Shown: positions 13,001-25,489 of the stretch, piece after piece | Layout of the letters: each line of letters begins with the position of its first letter | Numbering within the stretch: position 1 is the first letter of the stretch | Translations under genes and position numbers: made by a program | Notes under the pieces: model-generated | What the model was told of the DNA's origin: nothing | The model's database searches: none | What the model saw: the letters and a program-made list of their open reading frames with translations, nothing else | Assembly (NCBI RefSeq): GCF_036971445.1 | Contig: NC_091469.1 | Span: 138,570,001-138,634,000 of the forward strand | DNA length: 64,000 bases | Direction: 5' to 3' | Origin: Narcine bancroftii | Taxonomy: Eukaryota

Positions 13001-14014
13001 CTTTGTATTTTAAGATTTATGATTTCATGAAGCATTTGAACAAGCTCTCTTCACAACCCCCACATCACTCGAAATTAAAGCACATTTTTCTGCTCACTTT
13101 TACTGTTCGAACAAAAAGACCGTGAGTGGAGATGTTAGATTTGCTGTTCTTTCTCCAGGTGCTGCTTGAACTCTGGAGTACCTACAACATATTCTGTTTT
13201 TTTTTAATTTGGATTTCCAACATCTACTTTTTTTGCTACTCAATTTGCTATTGAACTTAATATGGGTTTGCTTTGAGTTAATGGTGGATTCTATTGATTT
13301 TCATTTATTTATTAAGACTCAAACCACCAGAAGAAACAGACCTTAAAACCTTTAGCATTGATCTTCCGTAGGTCAAGTCTGACAGTATGGCATATTTGGT
13401 GTGGTAATATTGATCTCATATTAACAGGGGTGGAAACATTCACTGACTCGAGTAGTGATTTATAAGGAATGATTTTTGGTGTAGATCAGAGGATGTTTTC
13501 AAGTGTTTGTAAATTTCAGTTAGAAGCATTGCAGATAATATTTTAATTCTGAATAAAGATTTTTGACAAAGACGAACTAAAAATCAACCAACAGGGGAAT
13601 ACTTTTATGGGCAGGAAGGAAGAATGAGATTGATATGCACCCAGAGGAACATCTCAAGCGCATCTAATAAATATTTTATTTATATCTGCTCTTTTAACAG
13701 GCCCCAAGCATCTTATGGCCAATGGCGTGTCATCTCTGCAATAAATCTGTATAAGAAGGCAGATTGTTGATTTGCAAATAGCAGGATCGGAGAATTAGCT
13801 GTCGGATTATGACCAGTTGAGGCTGTTGGGAAACTAGTGCGGTACACAAAAGTACAGGAGGAACTCATGAGGTCATGCAGCATCCATGGAGAGCTATAGG
13901 CAGTCGTAGTTTCGGGCCTGAGCCCTTCTTCTAGTGTGGCAAGTATCAGGCAAACATCCAAATAAGAAGGGGTGGGGTAGAGAGAAATGGAAAGGGCACA
14001 GGCATAGAGCTTAG

Positions 14015-15195
14015 AGCATTACAACACAGTACAGGCACTTTAGCCCATGATGTTTTGTTGACCTATATATAATGACCAAAAAAAAAACACTAAACCCTCA
14101 TAAACTTCTATTTTCATTTCATGCATATGCCTATCTAAGAGTGGCTTAAATGGCCCAATTGTTCCAGCCTCCACCACCCTTGGCAAAGGAGTAGAGGCAC
14201 CCACAACTCTCTGTGTAAAAAAAAACTTACCTCTGATGTCTCTGAAACTTTCCACTATGTACAGATATCCTCTAGAGTTAACTATTCCCACCCTGGGATA
14301 AAGGTACTGGCTGTCTCTCTTAACTGTGCCTCTCATAATCTTGTAGACCTCTGTTAAGTCACCTCTCATCATTCTTCACTCCAAAGAGAAAAACCCTAGT
14401 TCTGTTAACCTTCTCTCATAAGGCGCATTCTCCAATCCAGGCAGCAACCCAGAAAATCTCCTCTGCACTCTCTCCAGTGCTTCCAAATCTTCCCTTTAAT
14501 GAGGTGTCCAGAACGGAACACAATATTCTACGTGTGGTCTCACCAGAAATTTATAGAGCAGCAATATTACTTCAGGACTCCTGAACTCAATCCCCCAACT
14601 AATGACGTCCAGCATACTTCTTAACTACCCCATCAACCTGAACAGCATCCTTGAGAGATTTGGCTCCGGTTTCATCCCAATGTTCAAAACCTCCTGGGTG
14701 TGTAGGTTAATGGGGTGTAAATTGGGTGGCACCATGTCGCATGTCTAAATGTATAACTTAAAAGAATCCTTTCCAATAGTTTGCCCACCACTGATGTAAG
14801 GCTCACTGGTCTATCATTTCCAGGATGCTCCCTATTACCTTTATTTAAATAAGGGGACCATATTTGCCATTCTCCAATCCTCTAGCACCTCCCCTGTGGA
14901 CAAGGAGGATGCAAAGATCATTGAAAATGCCCCAGAAATCTTTTCCCTCCCTGCCCATAGGGAACCAGGTGATAGGTAGATACAGGTAGGAAGAAAGAAG
15001 AAGAGAAAAGAGTTGAAAGGTGATGAAGGAGGTACCAGAGAGTTTATAATTTTGGCATCTTCTGCAACCATGCCAGAATTTTTTGATTCTTAGAAGATAA
15101 TTAATAATTCCTCCCTAATCTCTATAGCTACTTCTTTCAGGACTAGAGGATGCATTCCATCTGGTCCAGGAGACTTGTCTATTTTTAGACCATTT
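14015..15195 (-). mobile_element. Cluster of CR1 fragments with a partial V-SINE
   Basis: RGDLTEVYKIMRG, EDWRMANMVPLFK and DKSPGPDGMHP motifs in minus ORFs. Confidence 0.75.
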
Positions 15196-15199
15196 GGAG

Positions 15200-15410
15200 A
15201 AAGGAAGGAAAGAGTGTGGGGCCTTGGAGGAAGAGAGTCAGAAGGACGAGTGAAAGCAAAAGAATGCATGGAGGCGATTACTGGAAATTGGAGGTCGCTA
15301 TTGATGCCATCTGGTTGGAGACTGCTGAGTCGATGAGGCCAATTTACATGTGGCCTCATCCGGGAAGTGCATGAGGCCACATACAGACATGTCAAGACAT
15401 ACAAATCTTT
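15200..15410 (-). mobile_element. Penelope-like GIY-YIG remnant
   Basis: Reverse complement reads DMSVCGLMH...ATCKL...RLSSLQPDGINSD. Confidence 0.55.
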
Positions 15411-16506
15411 CAACTTGACTGCCTTCTGGAACTGATTTGCTAAGAATAAACTGGGGAAGATGATTAGAGGTTGTGGAGGTTGTTCCTGGCAAGTAAACTA
15501 AAACAGATGTTTACATGAAGAAGAGTTTGGAGAAGGCATTGTATTTTTCTCTCTCTACGGGTGATCTCTGCATTATTTCTTGATCAAGAGATTCTGAATA
15601 CTGTACCTGAGAGCAGAGTCTGGGGGGATTTGTGTAAACTTAGATTTCTTTAAATCAGTCCCAAGTGTTTGTTTTGAAGTTCGAAATTTGTGATGAACAA
15701 AGAATTTTTAAAAATTGTTAATTCTCCTGAGCTAGGTCAGCATTTATTGCCCAGGATTAATTGACCTTGAAAAGTTGAGTGAAATCCTTTATCGAACCCC
15801 TGCAGTCCTTCTTATTTCAAACAATGAAACACTGGAATCTAGACTTGCACCTGAAATGTCAATTGCCTTTTCCTACTTCGGATGCTGCATGGCCTGCACT
15901 AGACCCCAGCACCTGCAGATTTTTTGTTTAAATTTTCCTCAAGTTGGAGTACGTCTTCTTTAGTTTGTCACCGTTTCATCATTAAAAGCACATACAAATG
16001 GTAATTACAACAATAAATCACAGCCCCATCAGCCCATCATGTCTGTGCTGACCATGATTCCAATCTAACTCAACCTTTCTGCCAGTACCAAGTCCAATCC
16101 CTTTGATTCCTGTCTAACATCACAGTCATATCTGCTTGTACCACCTTGCTTACACCATGTTCTAAGTCCCTACTGCTCTTTGTGCCTTGCATATCTCCTT
16201 TAAGCATTTCCCTCTCACTTTAAGCCTGCGTCTTTCAGTATTTGACATTGACACCCTGGAAATAAAGACTGATTAGTTACCTTGTCTTTCTCTCCCGTAA
16301 TTGAATATTCTTCTGTCAGGTTTCTCCTCAGGCTCCTCCCCACCAAGAAAACAATCCAAATTTATCCAAACTCACCTAACACAAATCACATCCTGGTGAA
16401 CCCCTTTTGCATCTTCTCCAAAACTTCTCCATCCTTCCTAGAGTCTGGCAAAGAAGAATGTTACACAAAACTTCAAATGTGGCTGACTGAGAATTCAATG
16501 ATGTAC

Positions 16507-17110
16507 GTGGGGTGGCAAGGTTGGTGTAGCACAGTGATTCTCAACCTTTTTCTTTCCTCTCACATACCACTTTAAGTATTCCCTATGCCACCGGTGCTCT
16601 GTGATTGGTAAGGAATCACTTAAGGTGGTAGGTGGGTAGAAAGAAAAAGTTTGAAAAACCACTGTTTTAATCGTACCTAATTGACTCATTATGTGCATGG
16701 TTTCATAACTCCAAAGGATATGGGCCAATGACAATTTTTTTTCAAGCAAATTACTTCAGTAACATTGGGTCAAGAGCAATGATTCTCATTCTTTCCTTCC
16801 CACTCACTTACCACCTTAAGCAATCCCTTACTAATCACAGAGCACCGATGGCATAGGGATTACTTAAAGTGGTAGGTGAGTGGACAAAAAAAAGTTGAGA
16901 ACCACTGGTGCCGGCGATCGGGATCAGGGGTTCCCGTGCTGTCTGTAAGGAGTTTGCACATTCACCCCTTGTCTGTGTGGGTTTTCCCTGAGGGCTCCCG
17001 TTTCCTCCCACTGTTCAAAATGTACAGGGGTATAGGTTAATGGGGTGTAAATTGAGTGACATGGACTCGTGGGCCAAAGTGTCTTGTTGTAATTTCCATT
17101 TGTATGTTTA
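16507..17110 (+). mobile_element. V-SINE interrupted by a MITE
   Basis: Head ggggtggcaaggttggtgtagca at 16509-16531; the remainder resumes at 16908. Confidence 0.75.
16532..16907. mobile_element. hAT(Charlie)-like MITE made of two inverted ~130-bp self-complementary arms
   Basis: Termini CAGTGATTCTCAAC and GTTGAGAACCACTG; arm 16532-16664 is the reverse complement of arm 16777-16907. Confidence 0.8.
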
Positions 17111-17435
17111 AATTCAACAGCTCAAATGATAAAGACAAGCAGGCCTTATACCTTTTTCTATCACCCGATCTAATTTTATGGCCACTTTCACCAAACTACG
17201 TGCTTCCTCCCTAAGATCCCTTAACAAAACTCCCAAAAGATCCTGCTGCGTTGCTCACTGCAGATTTTCTTCTCATATTTGACCTCTCAAACAGCATTAC
17301 TGAACACTTGATCAAATCCATCTGTCATTTTTCTGTCCATATTTCTAAACAATCTATATTTATGTCATCTGAAAACTTTACTGATTAGGCCACCTACATT
17401 TGTATTTAAAACAGTATTTTTTTTAATGGAGCCAC

Positions 17436-17552
17436 AGTTTAAGAGCAGGCTAAGGTCAAAGGGCAGGTGAGTGTTGAAAGGAAGGTGAGAGTTAAGGGGT
17501 AGGTGAGGGTTAAAGTGCAGGTGGGGGTTAAAGGGCAGACAAGTGTTAAAGC
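17436..17552. repeat. Degenerate 18-bp minisatellite, about 6 units
   Basis: Unit approximately GTTAAAGGGCAGGTGAGG, which gives the spurious F.PHL.F repeats in ORF 17365-17739. Confidence 0.75.
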
Positions 17553-17904
17553 AGATCTGTGAGAGAAAAAAATCTGTCTGTAGAAAATTCAGGCTTGCTG
17601 CACCTGGACGTGCAAGGAAGTTAGAAAACCTGGCCTTGAGAGTTGTACTACCCACTGTAATTCCTGAGGGAAGATAAGAATATTGTGTGAATTTAGAAAA
17701 ATCATAGTAATGAGACTTACCAATTAGTGCATGCCACAAAAGAATAGGAGTAAAGAAGTATGAGGATACTGTAATTACTTAATGTTTGAATAGCTTTAGT
17801 GTAAGAATGATTTTCTTGCCAGAATGATTGCAATGCTATTAAATTAATTTGCAATGGCAATGAAAGGAAACTTATCAACACATCACACTCGACTGGTCTG
17901 TCAT

Positions 17905-18260
17905 CTGCTAGTCAAGTTTATTGTTATCTGATTGTACAAGTATAATCCGACGAACAATGTTCTCCGGTCCTTGGTGCAAAAACATGCAGACATACAACCA
18001 GCCATAACACACAGACAGACAAACAATACATATGCAGGACAAGTATTATATCTATAAAAATAAATATTGATTTGTACAAGTGAGAGTCTCGGATGGTCAG
18101 TGTGGTTGTTCAGCATTCTCATTGCCTGTGGGAAGAAGCTGTTCCTCAACCTGGTGGTGCTGGCTCTGTTACTCCTCTATCTCTTCCCCTTCAGGAACAG
18201 CTGAAAGATGCTGTCTGCAGGGTAGAAGGGATGCTCAATGATTTTGCATTCACTCTTCCA
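17905..18260 (-). mobile_element. Rex1/Babar 3' end
   Basis: RNSFFPQA.R.LN motif and AATAAACTTGAC tail. Confidence 0.75.
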
Positions 18261-18419
18261 GAAAGCTGCTGGAATCCCAACAGTTGCCGTTGTCTGCAGG
18301 ATCACATGAGAGTGAACTCAGAGTTAACGCCTCATAGACTAGAACCCTCATTTGAAGGGCATTGTCCAGGGCATGATGGGAGAAGGGTTCCTCGATTTTG
18401 TATGTGACTGAGTAGTTTA

Positions 18420-19220
18420 AAAAATTTTTACAGGTGTAACGTGGATTGCATTCTGTCTAGTTGCATCAATGACTAGTATAGAGGTGCCAGTAAACACCTC
18501 AGGAGTGTCATTAACTCAGCCAATAATATCACAGGCACCCAGGAGTCGCCAACCTATTAATTTTTAATTTAGATATACAGCACAGTAACAAGTTGTTTCG
18601 GCAATGAGTACGTGCCAGAAGTGTAGGTTAATAGGGCGGCATGAACTTGTGGGCCGAAATGGTCTGTTACCGTGCTGTCTGCCTGTAGAGTGCGTCAAAA
18701 GAACCAAAGACTTGTTGATCCAAACCAAGGCTTTTATTAACTAAAAGACTGGAGCCTATCACAAGTAGGTCGACCAGTCCCGAATGACCTAGAGCAATCC
18801 TTGAAGACCTGCCAGTAGGTGTGGCTACGCTCTCAGCCAATCACAGTCATCTACACTACAATCTGTACATAGACACATTAGTGATAGAATCTGTACTATC
18901 ACATTGCCCTGCAGGCATCAGTTTTCATTCCATTGAGGACATCTACGAGAGGCGTTTCTTAAGAAAGCAACCTCTAACCTCAAGGAGACCCACCATCCAG
19001 ACCATGCAATCTTCACTCTGCTACACTGCTACCAGCAGCACAAGTACACCTTCGTCCCCTCTACTATCCGATTTCTGAATAGACAAGGAATCACAGTCAT
19101 GACCTCATTTTATCCTATAATCTTGCACTGTTTATTTATTTTTGCAATGTGATTTATAGCAACCATGCCACAAAATAACAAATTTTGTGACATGTTCATG
19201 GCAATAAATTCTGATTCTGA
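18420..19220 (+). mobile_element. Rex1/Babar 3' fragment interrupted by SINE pieces and a solo LTR
   Basis: HSIEDIYERR motif; tail AATAAATTCTGATTCTGA at 19203-19220. Confidence 0.7.
18684..18903 (-). mobile_element. Solo LTR, 220 bp
   Basis: TG...CA ends, flanks ctgcc/ttgcc (5-bp TSD, 1 mismatch), AATAAA on the minus strand. Confidence 0.75.
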
Positions 19221-20172
19221 GGTCCTTGCAGCTGGAACAAGCGTCAGGCAGTGCGTGGCCTGAGACCCTGGGTGGGCAGGGGGGTTTTGGGGGGGGGGGG
19301 GTGGTGAACCTTAGACAAAGTGCTCATAACTTTGAGGTCCACAGTTCAGAGCTCAAGGTCTAGTGAATGGAACAGCCTTAAGGTCTACATATCATAGCCT
19401 GGTAAATATGACCAGTAGCACGAGTCCAGTGCATTAGAGGAAGTAATGAAAAATTGAAAAGACTGGATCTGCAAGAGAAAACCTGCTATATCTCCAAAAT
19501 TTTCAGCTGTTGTGAAATGCCGACACTGCCTATTATTTTAACCTCTTGGCTGGTGAGTGACCACAGCATTTCCAGAATTTTTCGTTCAGATGTCTGGCAT
19601 CTGTCATATTTGGTATCGGGAATCTGTGAATTAGTTCTGCCACAGAGTCAGGCTTTGAAGCTTCTTACGTTTTGGAACGGAGATGCTGGGAATCTGGAAT
19701 AATAAAAAAACCCAGAAAATTCTGCAAACACTAAGTAGGTCAGCCAGCATCTGTGGAAAGGGAATTGTTGAAGGCTCTTTGGCCAGAAATATTAACTCTG
19801 TTCATTGCAAGCTGCTACTTGCAATGCTGAGTGTTTCCAATATTTTCTGATTTTATTAAAGATATTAAATCATACCTTTTGATAATCTGCAGGATATTAA
19901 TTAGTCAACAATAAAGAGTGCATTTATTGGAATAAGGATAACACTGATACAGCTTTCAAAGTGTGGAGAGCAATGCTTTGCGCAACGTCAAGTGTTGTGA
20001 ATCCATGTAACATAGACGATCTTAAGGAGACTCACAGGGGTAGAGGTTAAGATGATCTCTCCAGTGGGAAAGCCTCTAATGGAGACATAGTTACGGGCCA
20101 AGGGGGATGAGGCTGTTTTTAACACTGAAGTGAAAGAATTTCATCTTGTGAATACAAGAATATATGGGGTAG

Positions 20173-20480
20173 TGTGACAGAGTAGATAAAGTATATAGAT
20201 ATGTGTTTGGGAGATTAATTGGGAAAGGTTTATAGGTTACATACAAACACTTTAAATCAGATCTTATTTGAAATACTGGAGCTCTGCTAATGCTAGATAT
20301 ATCAGCTCCACAGCTTTTGCAAGAGCTTTAGAGAGTGCCCAAGAGACTTCACTAATGGATTGTTATTTACAAAAGGCAACAGATCTTGTTGGAGCTGCAG
20401 ATTGTCTGGAAGAGAACTTGTTGTTCTAAGAGGGTCATGTGGTTTTTCAAGCAGAGAGAGTCAAACATGTTTTCTCTCAC

Positions 20481-20547
<67 letters not shown>

Positions 20548-21182
20548 GATCATTTTACAGTGTAACAGCCAGTAGAAGGAGCTGGGACTGGAACAGGACA
20601 AGATGGCAAGCTTGTGGTTCATGCAAGAGGAGAGTACTGGCTGTCTAATTTTTCATTTGGAATAAGTGAAACAAAAAGGAACTCTGTGATGACCTAAAAG
20701 AAAGAGGTTATCATCTGGAGAACCCTGAAAGGGGCAAGTTTCATCAGAAAGACACTGGAGTGGCTGATTAAAAAGGAATCTGTTGTGGATGTCCTGGATC
20801 AACAAATCTTTCTCTGAAAACCGACAAAAACTTTCCTGAGCGGTAACCATTTACCTTTCAAGCACCAAACCCTGGTGAACTTTATAAAGTTAAATTTTGT
20901 ACAGAGTATAAGAATTGCCTGCAACCAGTGAACTTGGCGGAATGAAAAGTGAAATTGGACTGTGAACCAAAGAACTTTTCTGAACTTACACACACATTAC
21001 ACACATGTGCACTTAGAATTAGAAGGGGGTTAAGTTAGGTAAAGTAAGTTAATAGTGATAAGTTAAAGTTTGATCCTATTTTCATGTTTATAGATAATTA
21101 AAAGCAACTTTTGTTTAAGTAACCATTTGTCTTGGTGAACATCTATTGCTGCTGGGTTTTGGGGTTTTCTAGGCTCATAACA
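20173..21182 (+). mobile_element. Solo LTR, 1010 bp
   Basis: TGTGACA...CATAACA ends with a perfect 4-bp TSD GTAG; ATTAAA near the 3' end; contains an (AGAC)n tract. Confidence 0.85.
20488..20548. repeat. (AGAC)n microsatellite
   Basis: About 15 perfect units. Confidence 0.95.
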
Positions 21183-21249
21183 GTAGGAACAGAAGTCAGC
21201 CATCTGGTTGTTGAGCCTGTTCCACCATTCAATAATGTCACGACTGATC

Positions 21250-21420
21250 TGGCCATGGAGCAGGATTTGAATCCCACACTGTCCATAAGGAGTTTGTATG
21301 TTCTCCCAGTGTCTGCATGGGTTTCCTCCATAGGCTCCAGTGCTGGGGCTGTAGTTAACTGGGCGTAATTGGGCAGCACCCACTAGATGGCCCAAATGGC
21401 CTGTTTCCCTGCTGTATGTC
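21250..21420 (+). mobile_element. V-SINE, partial
   Basis: GATTTGAATCCC B-box, V-domain and 3' end ctgtttccctgctgtatgtc. Confidence 0.75.
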
Positions 21421-21627
21421 TGCAGTGAACTGGGATTCACTGGTAGTGTATTGGGCTGATAGCTGACCCTGGCTCCTGGCTCCATCCCCATCTGCTCACT
21501 TATAACCCTGGTTTCCTGCCTAAACCCAGAACCCTTTTGAAGACTACTGTGAGGCCCTACACTTAGTTATAAGTTAATAAAAGCATTTGTTTGCCCTCCA
21601 GTCGAGAGAGCTTTTATTCATACTACA
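21421..21627 (+). mobile_element. Solo LTR, 207 bp
   Basis: TGCAGTGAA...TTCATACTACA ends, perfect 5-bp TSD ATGTC, TATAA and AATAAA inside. Confidence 0.85.
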
Positions 21628-22469
21628 ATGTCTAAACTTTAAATGTATTTTTTTTAAGGCCATAAAACACAGGAGCAGAAATAGGCTATTCAGCCCATCA
21701 AGTCTGCCCTGCCAATTAATCATGAGCTAATCCATTTTCCCACTTAGTCCCACTGCCCGGGTTTCTCCCCATAACCTTTAATGCCCTGACTAATAAAAAC
21801 TGTATTAATTTGTCTTGAATACACCCAAAGACCTGACCTCCACAACAGCTTGTGGGAAAACTTTGGATTGAACTTCAGCAGAGGGCTGTGGTGGCTAGAC
21901 CATTGCATGCATTTAAAGAGAACAAAGATACATTTCTCAAGTTCCTACTTTCTTGTGTTCTTGTGTGGCTTCTATAAGAGTTAACGACCAGAACCCTTTC
22001 CCTAGGAAATCAACCTTGTACAATCGCATCTCGTGCACTTATGGAAATAAGTCTACTTTCCACTATGATTTGTAAGCCTGTGCAGTGATCATTTTGCAGC
22101 GAGGCACATTTTAAGTTAATTAGTGGTTAAAATAAGATTTACAAAGGCAGATTTCTAATATATCTGCAGGCGGTGCCTCATCAGCAAGATCCAAGAGACA
22201 GTTTTTGCTACTGTGCAGCATTTTACACTGTCGGAGAGAATCTTCAAGGGAATTTGTGCCGAAGTCATCGCAAAGGATGAAACTGATTCCCAAGAAGGGA
22301 TTGGCCAACCTAATTTGTGCATAACATTATTTCCAAGATGTACGTGATTGGTAAATTAATCAAAGAATGTTAGCCACTGTTGAACAGTATTTTAGTGGTG
22401 GATAAAGATCCCAACACAAATGTCACAAGAGGAAGATCAATTATCAAATGTAATAATAGCGTTGATGAA

Positions 22470-22715
22470 TTGAATTTAGACATACAGCACGGTAACTGTC
22501 CCGTCCGGCCCACAAGTCCATGCTGCCCAGATTACCCAATGAACCTGCGACCCCAGTACGTTTCAAAAGGTGGGAGGAAACCAGACCACCCAGAGGAAAC
22601 CCACACAAACATGAAGAGAATGTACAAACACTTTACAGCAGCGCCAGATTTGAACCCAGGTCGCTGGGGCTGATAGAGTGTTGCGCTAACCGCTACGTTA
22701 ACCATGTCGCCCTTT
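22470..22715 (-). mobile_element. V-SINE, full length
   Basis: Reverse complement begins GGGCGACATGGTTAACGTAGCGGTTAGCGC and has GGTTCAAATC and the V-domain. Confidence 0.85.
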
Positions 22716-23159
22716 AAACCAGCAAGTGAATTTAAACCATTGGAATACCAGCAGTCATATCTTTTGAGACACTGCAAAAGGCAAAGAATTGCAAAAATCT
22801 TTAAGGATGGATTATTCTAGTACGATGGAAGATTATATGTTGTAGAATTGAAAGAAATCAAATATCTGTCTGCTTCAAAGTATTACATTTGGTTGTATGT
22901 TTTACAAAGTTGTGTTGAAACATTTTTTTCAAATAAACTTCTATTTGTTTTCATTTACTTTTGGCACAGAGGTCCATGTGGCATTGTAAATATTTAAAAT
23001 AATTATTTTCTTTTAAAACTTATTTTTAAAAATAAAAATAATTGAAAATTATATACTCAAATTGCAAGTAATGTTTTAATTTTAAAAGAGCATCAGTCAC
23101 CCAGGAATTAAATACATGACACAACAATCAAATTCTGAACAACCAGTATAAAATATAGA

Positions 23160-24048
23160 AATTAAAACAGAAGGCTGGAGAAACTTAGCAGGTCAAACTG
23201 TGTACTTTATGCATTTAAATTTAGACACAGTAACAGGCCATTTCATTTCACGAGCCCGTGCCACCCCAACATTTCGAACGGTGGGTGGAAACCGGACCCC
23301 TCAGGGAAATCTCATGCAGACACGGGGAGAAGTATAAATTTCTTAGAGACAGCATGGGATTCAAATTCTGGCTTCTATCGCTGGTGCTGTAACAGTATTG
23401 TGCCAACCCAAAGATAAAGATACATAACCAACTTTTCGGCCTCGAGCCCTTCATTAACATATGATTAGAATGTGGGCAGGTACCAGAACAAAATAGTGGG
23501 GGGGGGGAGGGGCAGGTGAAGGAGCATAATTCCACAGGTCGGAGGTAATAGGTGGATAAGGGAGTGAGGGCACACCAGCAAACAGGGGAAGGGGGGGGGG
23601 GAAATGACTCTGTGAATGGAGAGGGGAGGGGGTGGAGAGCTGGAGGAAAGAAGACAGAGGGATGAGGAAGCGAGGTAGAATGGGGAGGAGGGAAGCAGAA
23701 ACCGGAGAAGTCGATGTTAATGCCTTTAGGTTGGAGAGTTCCCAGATGGAAAATTAGATTTTGGTCCTCCAATTTACAGGTGGTTTGGGTTTGATTGTGC
23801 TTGAGGCCATAGACATGTGGGAGTGGGGTGCAGAATTGAAGTGATTGGCCACTGGGAAATCCCTGTCACTGATGAAGACAGAGTGAAGGCACTCAGCAAA
23901 GCGATCTCTCCGTCTGCGTCCAGTCTCTCAGATGTGGAGAGGCCACAACGGGAGTACCGGATGTAGTAGATAACTCCCACAGATACATAAGTGAAGTAAA
24001 AACACAATGCTGGAGAAACTCAGCAGGTCAAACACTGTACTTTATATA
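23160..24048 (-). mobile_element. Penelope-like element 3' part (GIY-YIG) with directly repeated terminal sequence
   Basis: Reverse complement reads GVIY.IR..RCGL.HI.ETGRRR.DRFAE..., PVANHFNS and LIFHLGTLQPKGINIDFS. The terminal repeat occurs at 23165-23210 (+23409-23457) and 24000-24048 (+25336-25373). Confidence 0.8.
23213..23408 (-). mobile_element. V-SINE inserted in the Penelope terminal repeat
   Basis: tttaaattt tail and V-domain in reverse complement. Confidence 0.8.
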
Positions 24049-25335
24049 ATCATATAACCATATAATCATATAGCAGTTTACAGCACGGAAACAGTCCATA
24101 TCGGCCCTTTGAGTCCACGCCGATTCACTTGAACAACTCCACTAGTTTCCCCCCTCCCACTCTCCGCCCATAACCCTCCAACCCCCTCATATTCATGTAC
24201 TCATCCAACCTTCTCTTCAGTGACAGAAAGGATCCTGCTGTAACTATCTCCTCTGGAAGATCATTCCATTCTGCCACCACTCTCTGAGCGAAAAAGCATC
24301 CTCTAACATTTCTCCACAAGTTTTGCCCCCTTACCCTTAACTTATGCCCTTTTTATCCAACCTCTCCTGCCCTCAGGGTAAAGAGTCTACCACATCTAGT
24401 CTATCTATTCCCTTCATAATTTTAAATACCTCTATCAAATCCCCTCTCAACCATCTACGTTCCAACAAATAAAGTCCCAGTCTCCTTAATCTTTCTCTGT
24501 ACTCTAGATATTGTAAGCAAGGCAACATCTTTGTAAATCTTTTCTGCACCCTCTCCATATTATCTATATCCTTCCTATAGCTCGGAGAACAGAACTGAAC
24601 ACAATACTCCAAACTTGGCCTCACCAATGCCTTAAACAGTCGTAGGATCACATCCCAGCTCCTATACTCTATGCTATGATTTATGAAGGCCAGCAAAACA
24701 AATGCCTTCTTAACCACCCTGTCTACATGGGAATCCACTTCAAGGAACTCTGTACCATAACTCCAAGATCCCTCTCTTCCTCTGCATTCCTCAATGCCCT
24801 TCCCTTAACTACATATGTTCTATTCTGTTTATTGTTACCAAAATGCAGCACTTCGCACTTGTCTGCATTAAATTCCATCTGCCATCTTTCAGCCCACTTT
24901 TCCAAACAAACCAAATCCTTCTGTACTCCAAGAAAACCTTCCTCACTATCCACCACACCCCCTATTTTTATATCGTCTTCTTATTTCCTTACCCAGTTAA
25001 CCACCCCCCCTCCAAATCATTAATATCAATGATAAACAACAGGGGACCCTGCACCCATCCCTGAGGCACACTGCTCATCACAACCTTCCATTCTGACAGA
25101 CAGTTATCCACCATGACTCTCTGCTATTATCTTCCAGCCATCTCTGAACCCATCTCACTATCTCTCTATTAATCCCTAGTGACTGAACCTTCCTTCCTAA
25201 CCTTACAGGCGGAACCTTATCAAAAGCCTTACTAAAATCCAAATAGATCACGTCAATCACCCTACCTTCATCCACTTTTCTTGTCACCTCTTCAAAAAAA
25301 CTCAGCAATATTCGTCAAACATGACTTTCCCTTCA
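24049..25335 (-). mobile_element. 5'-truncated CR1 (RT domain to tail)
   Basis: YLDFSKAFDKVP, WAERWQMEFNADKC and RPSLEYCVQF motifs; 8-bp tail repeats (taaccata). Confidence 0.92.
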
Positions 25336-25489
25336 CAAAGGTAAAAAGACATAACCAATATTTTGGGCTTGAATTATGTTTTACTGCACATGAAGTGTTG
25401 CTTCACTTGGAAGGATGGTTTGGGGCCCCAAAAAGTGGTGAGGGAAGAGGTGTGCTTGGAGAGACAACAGTGTCTATGAGCATGATACT

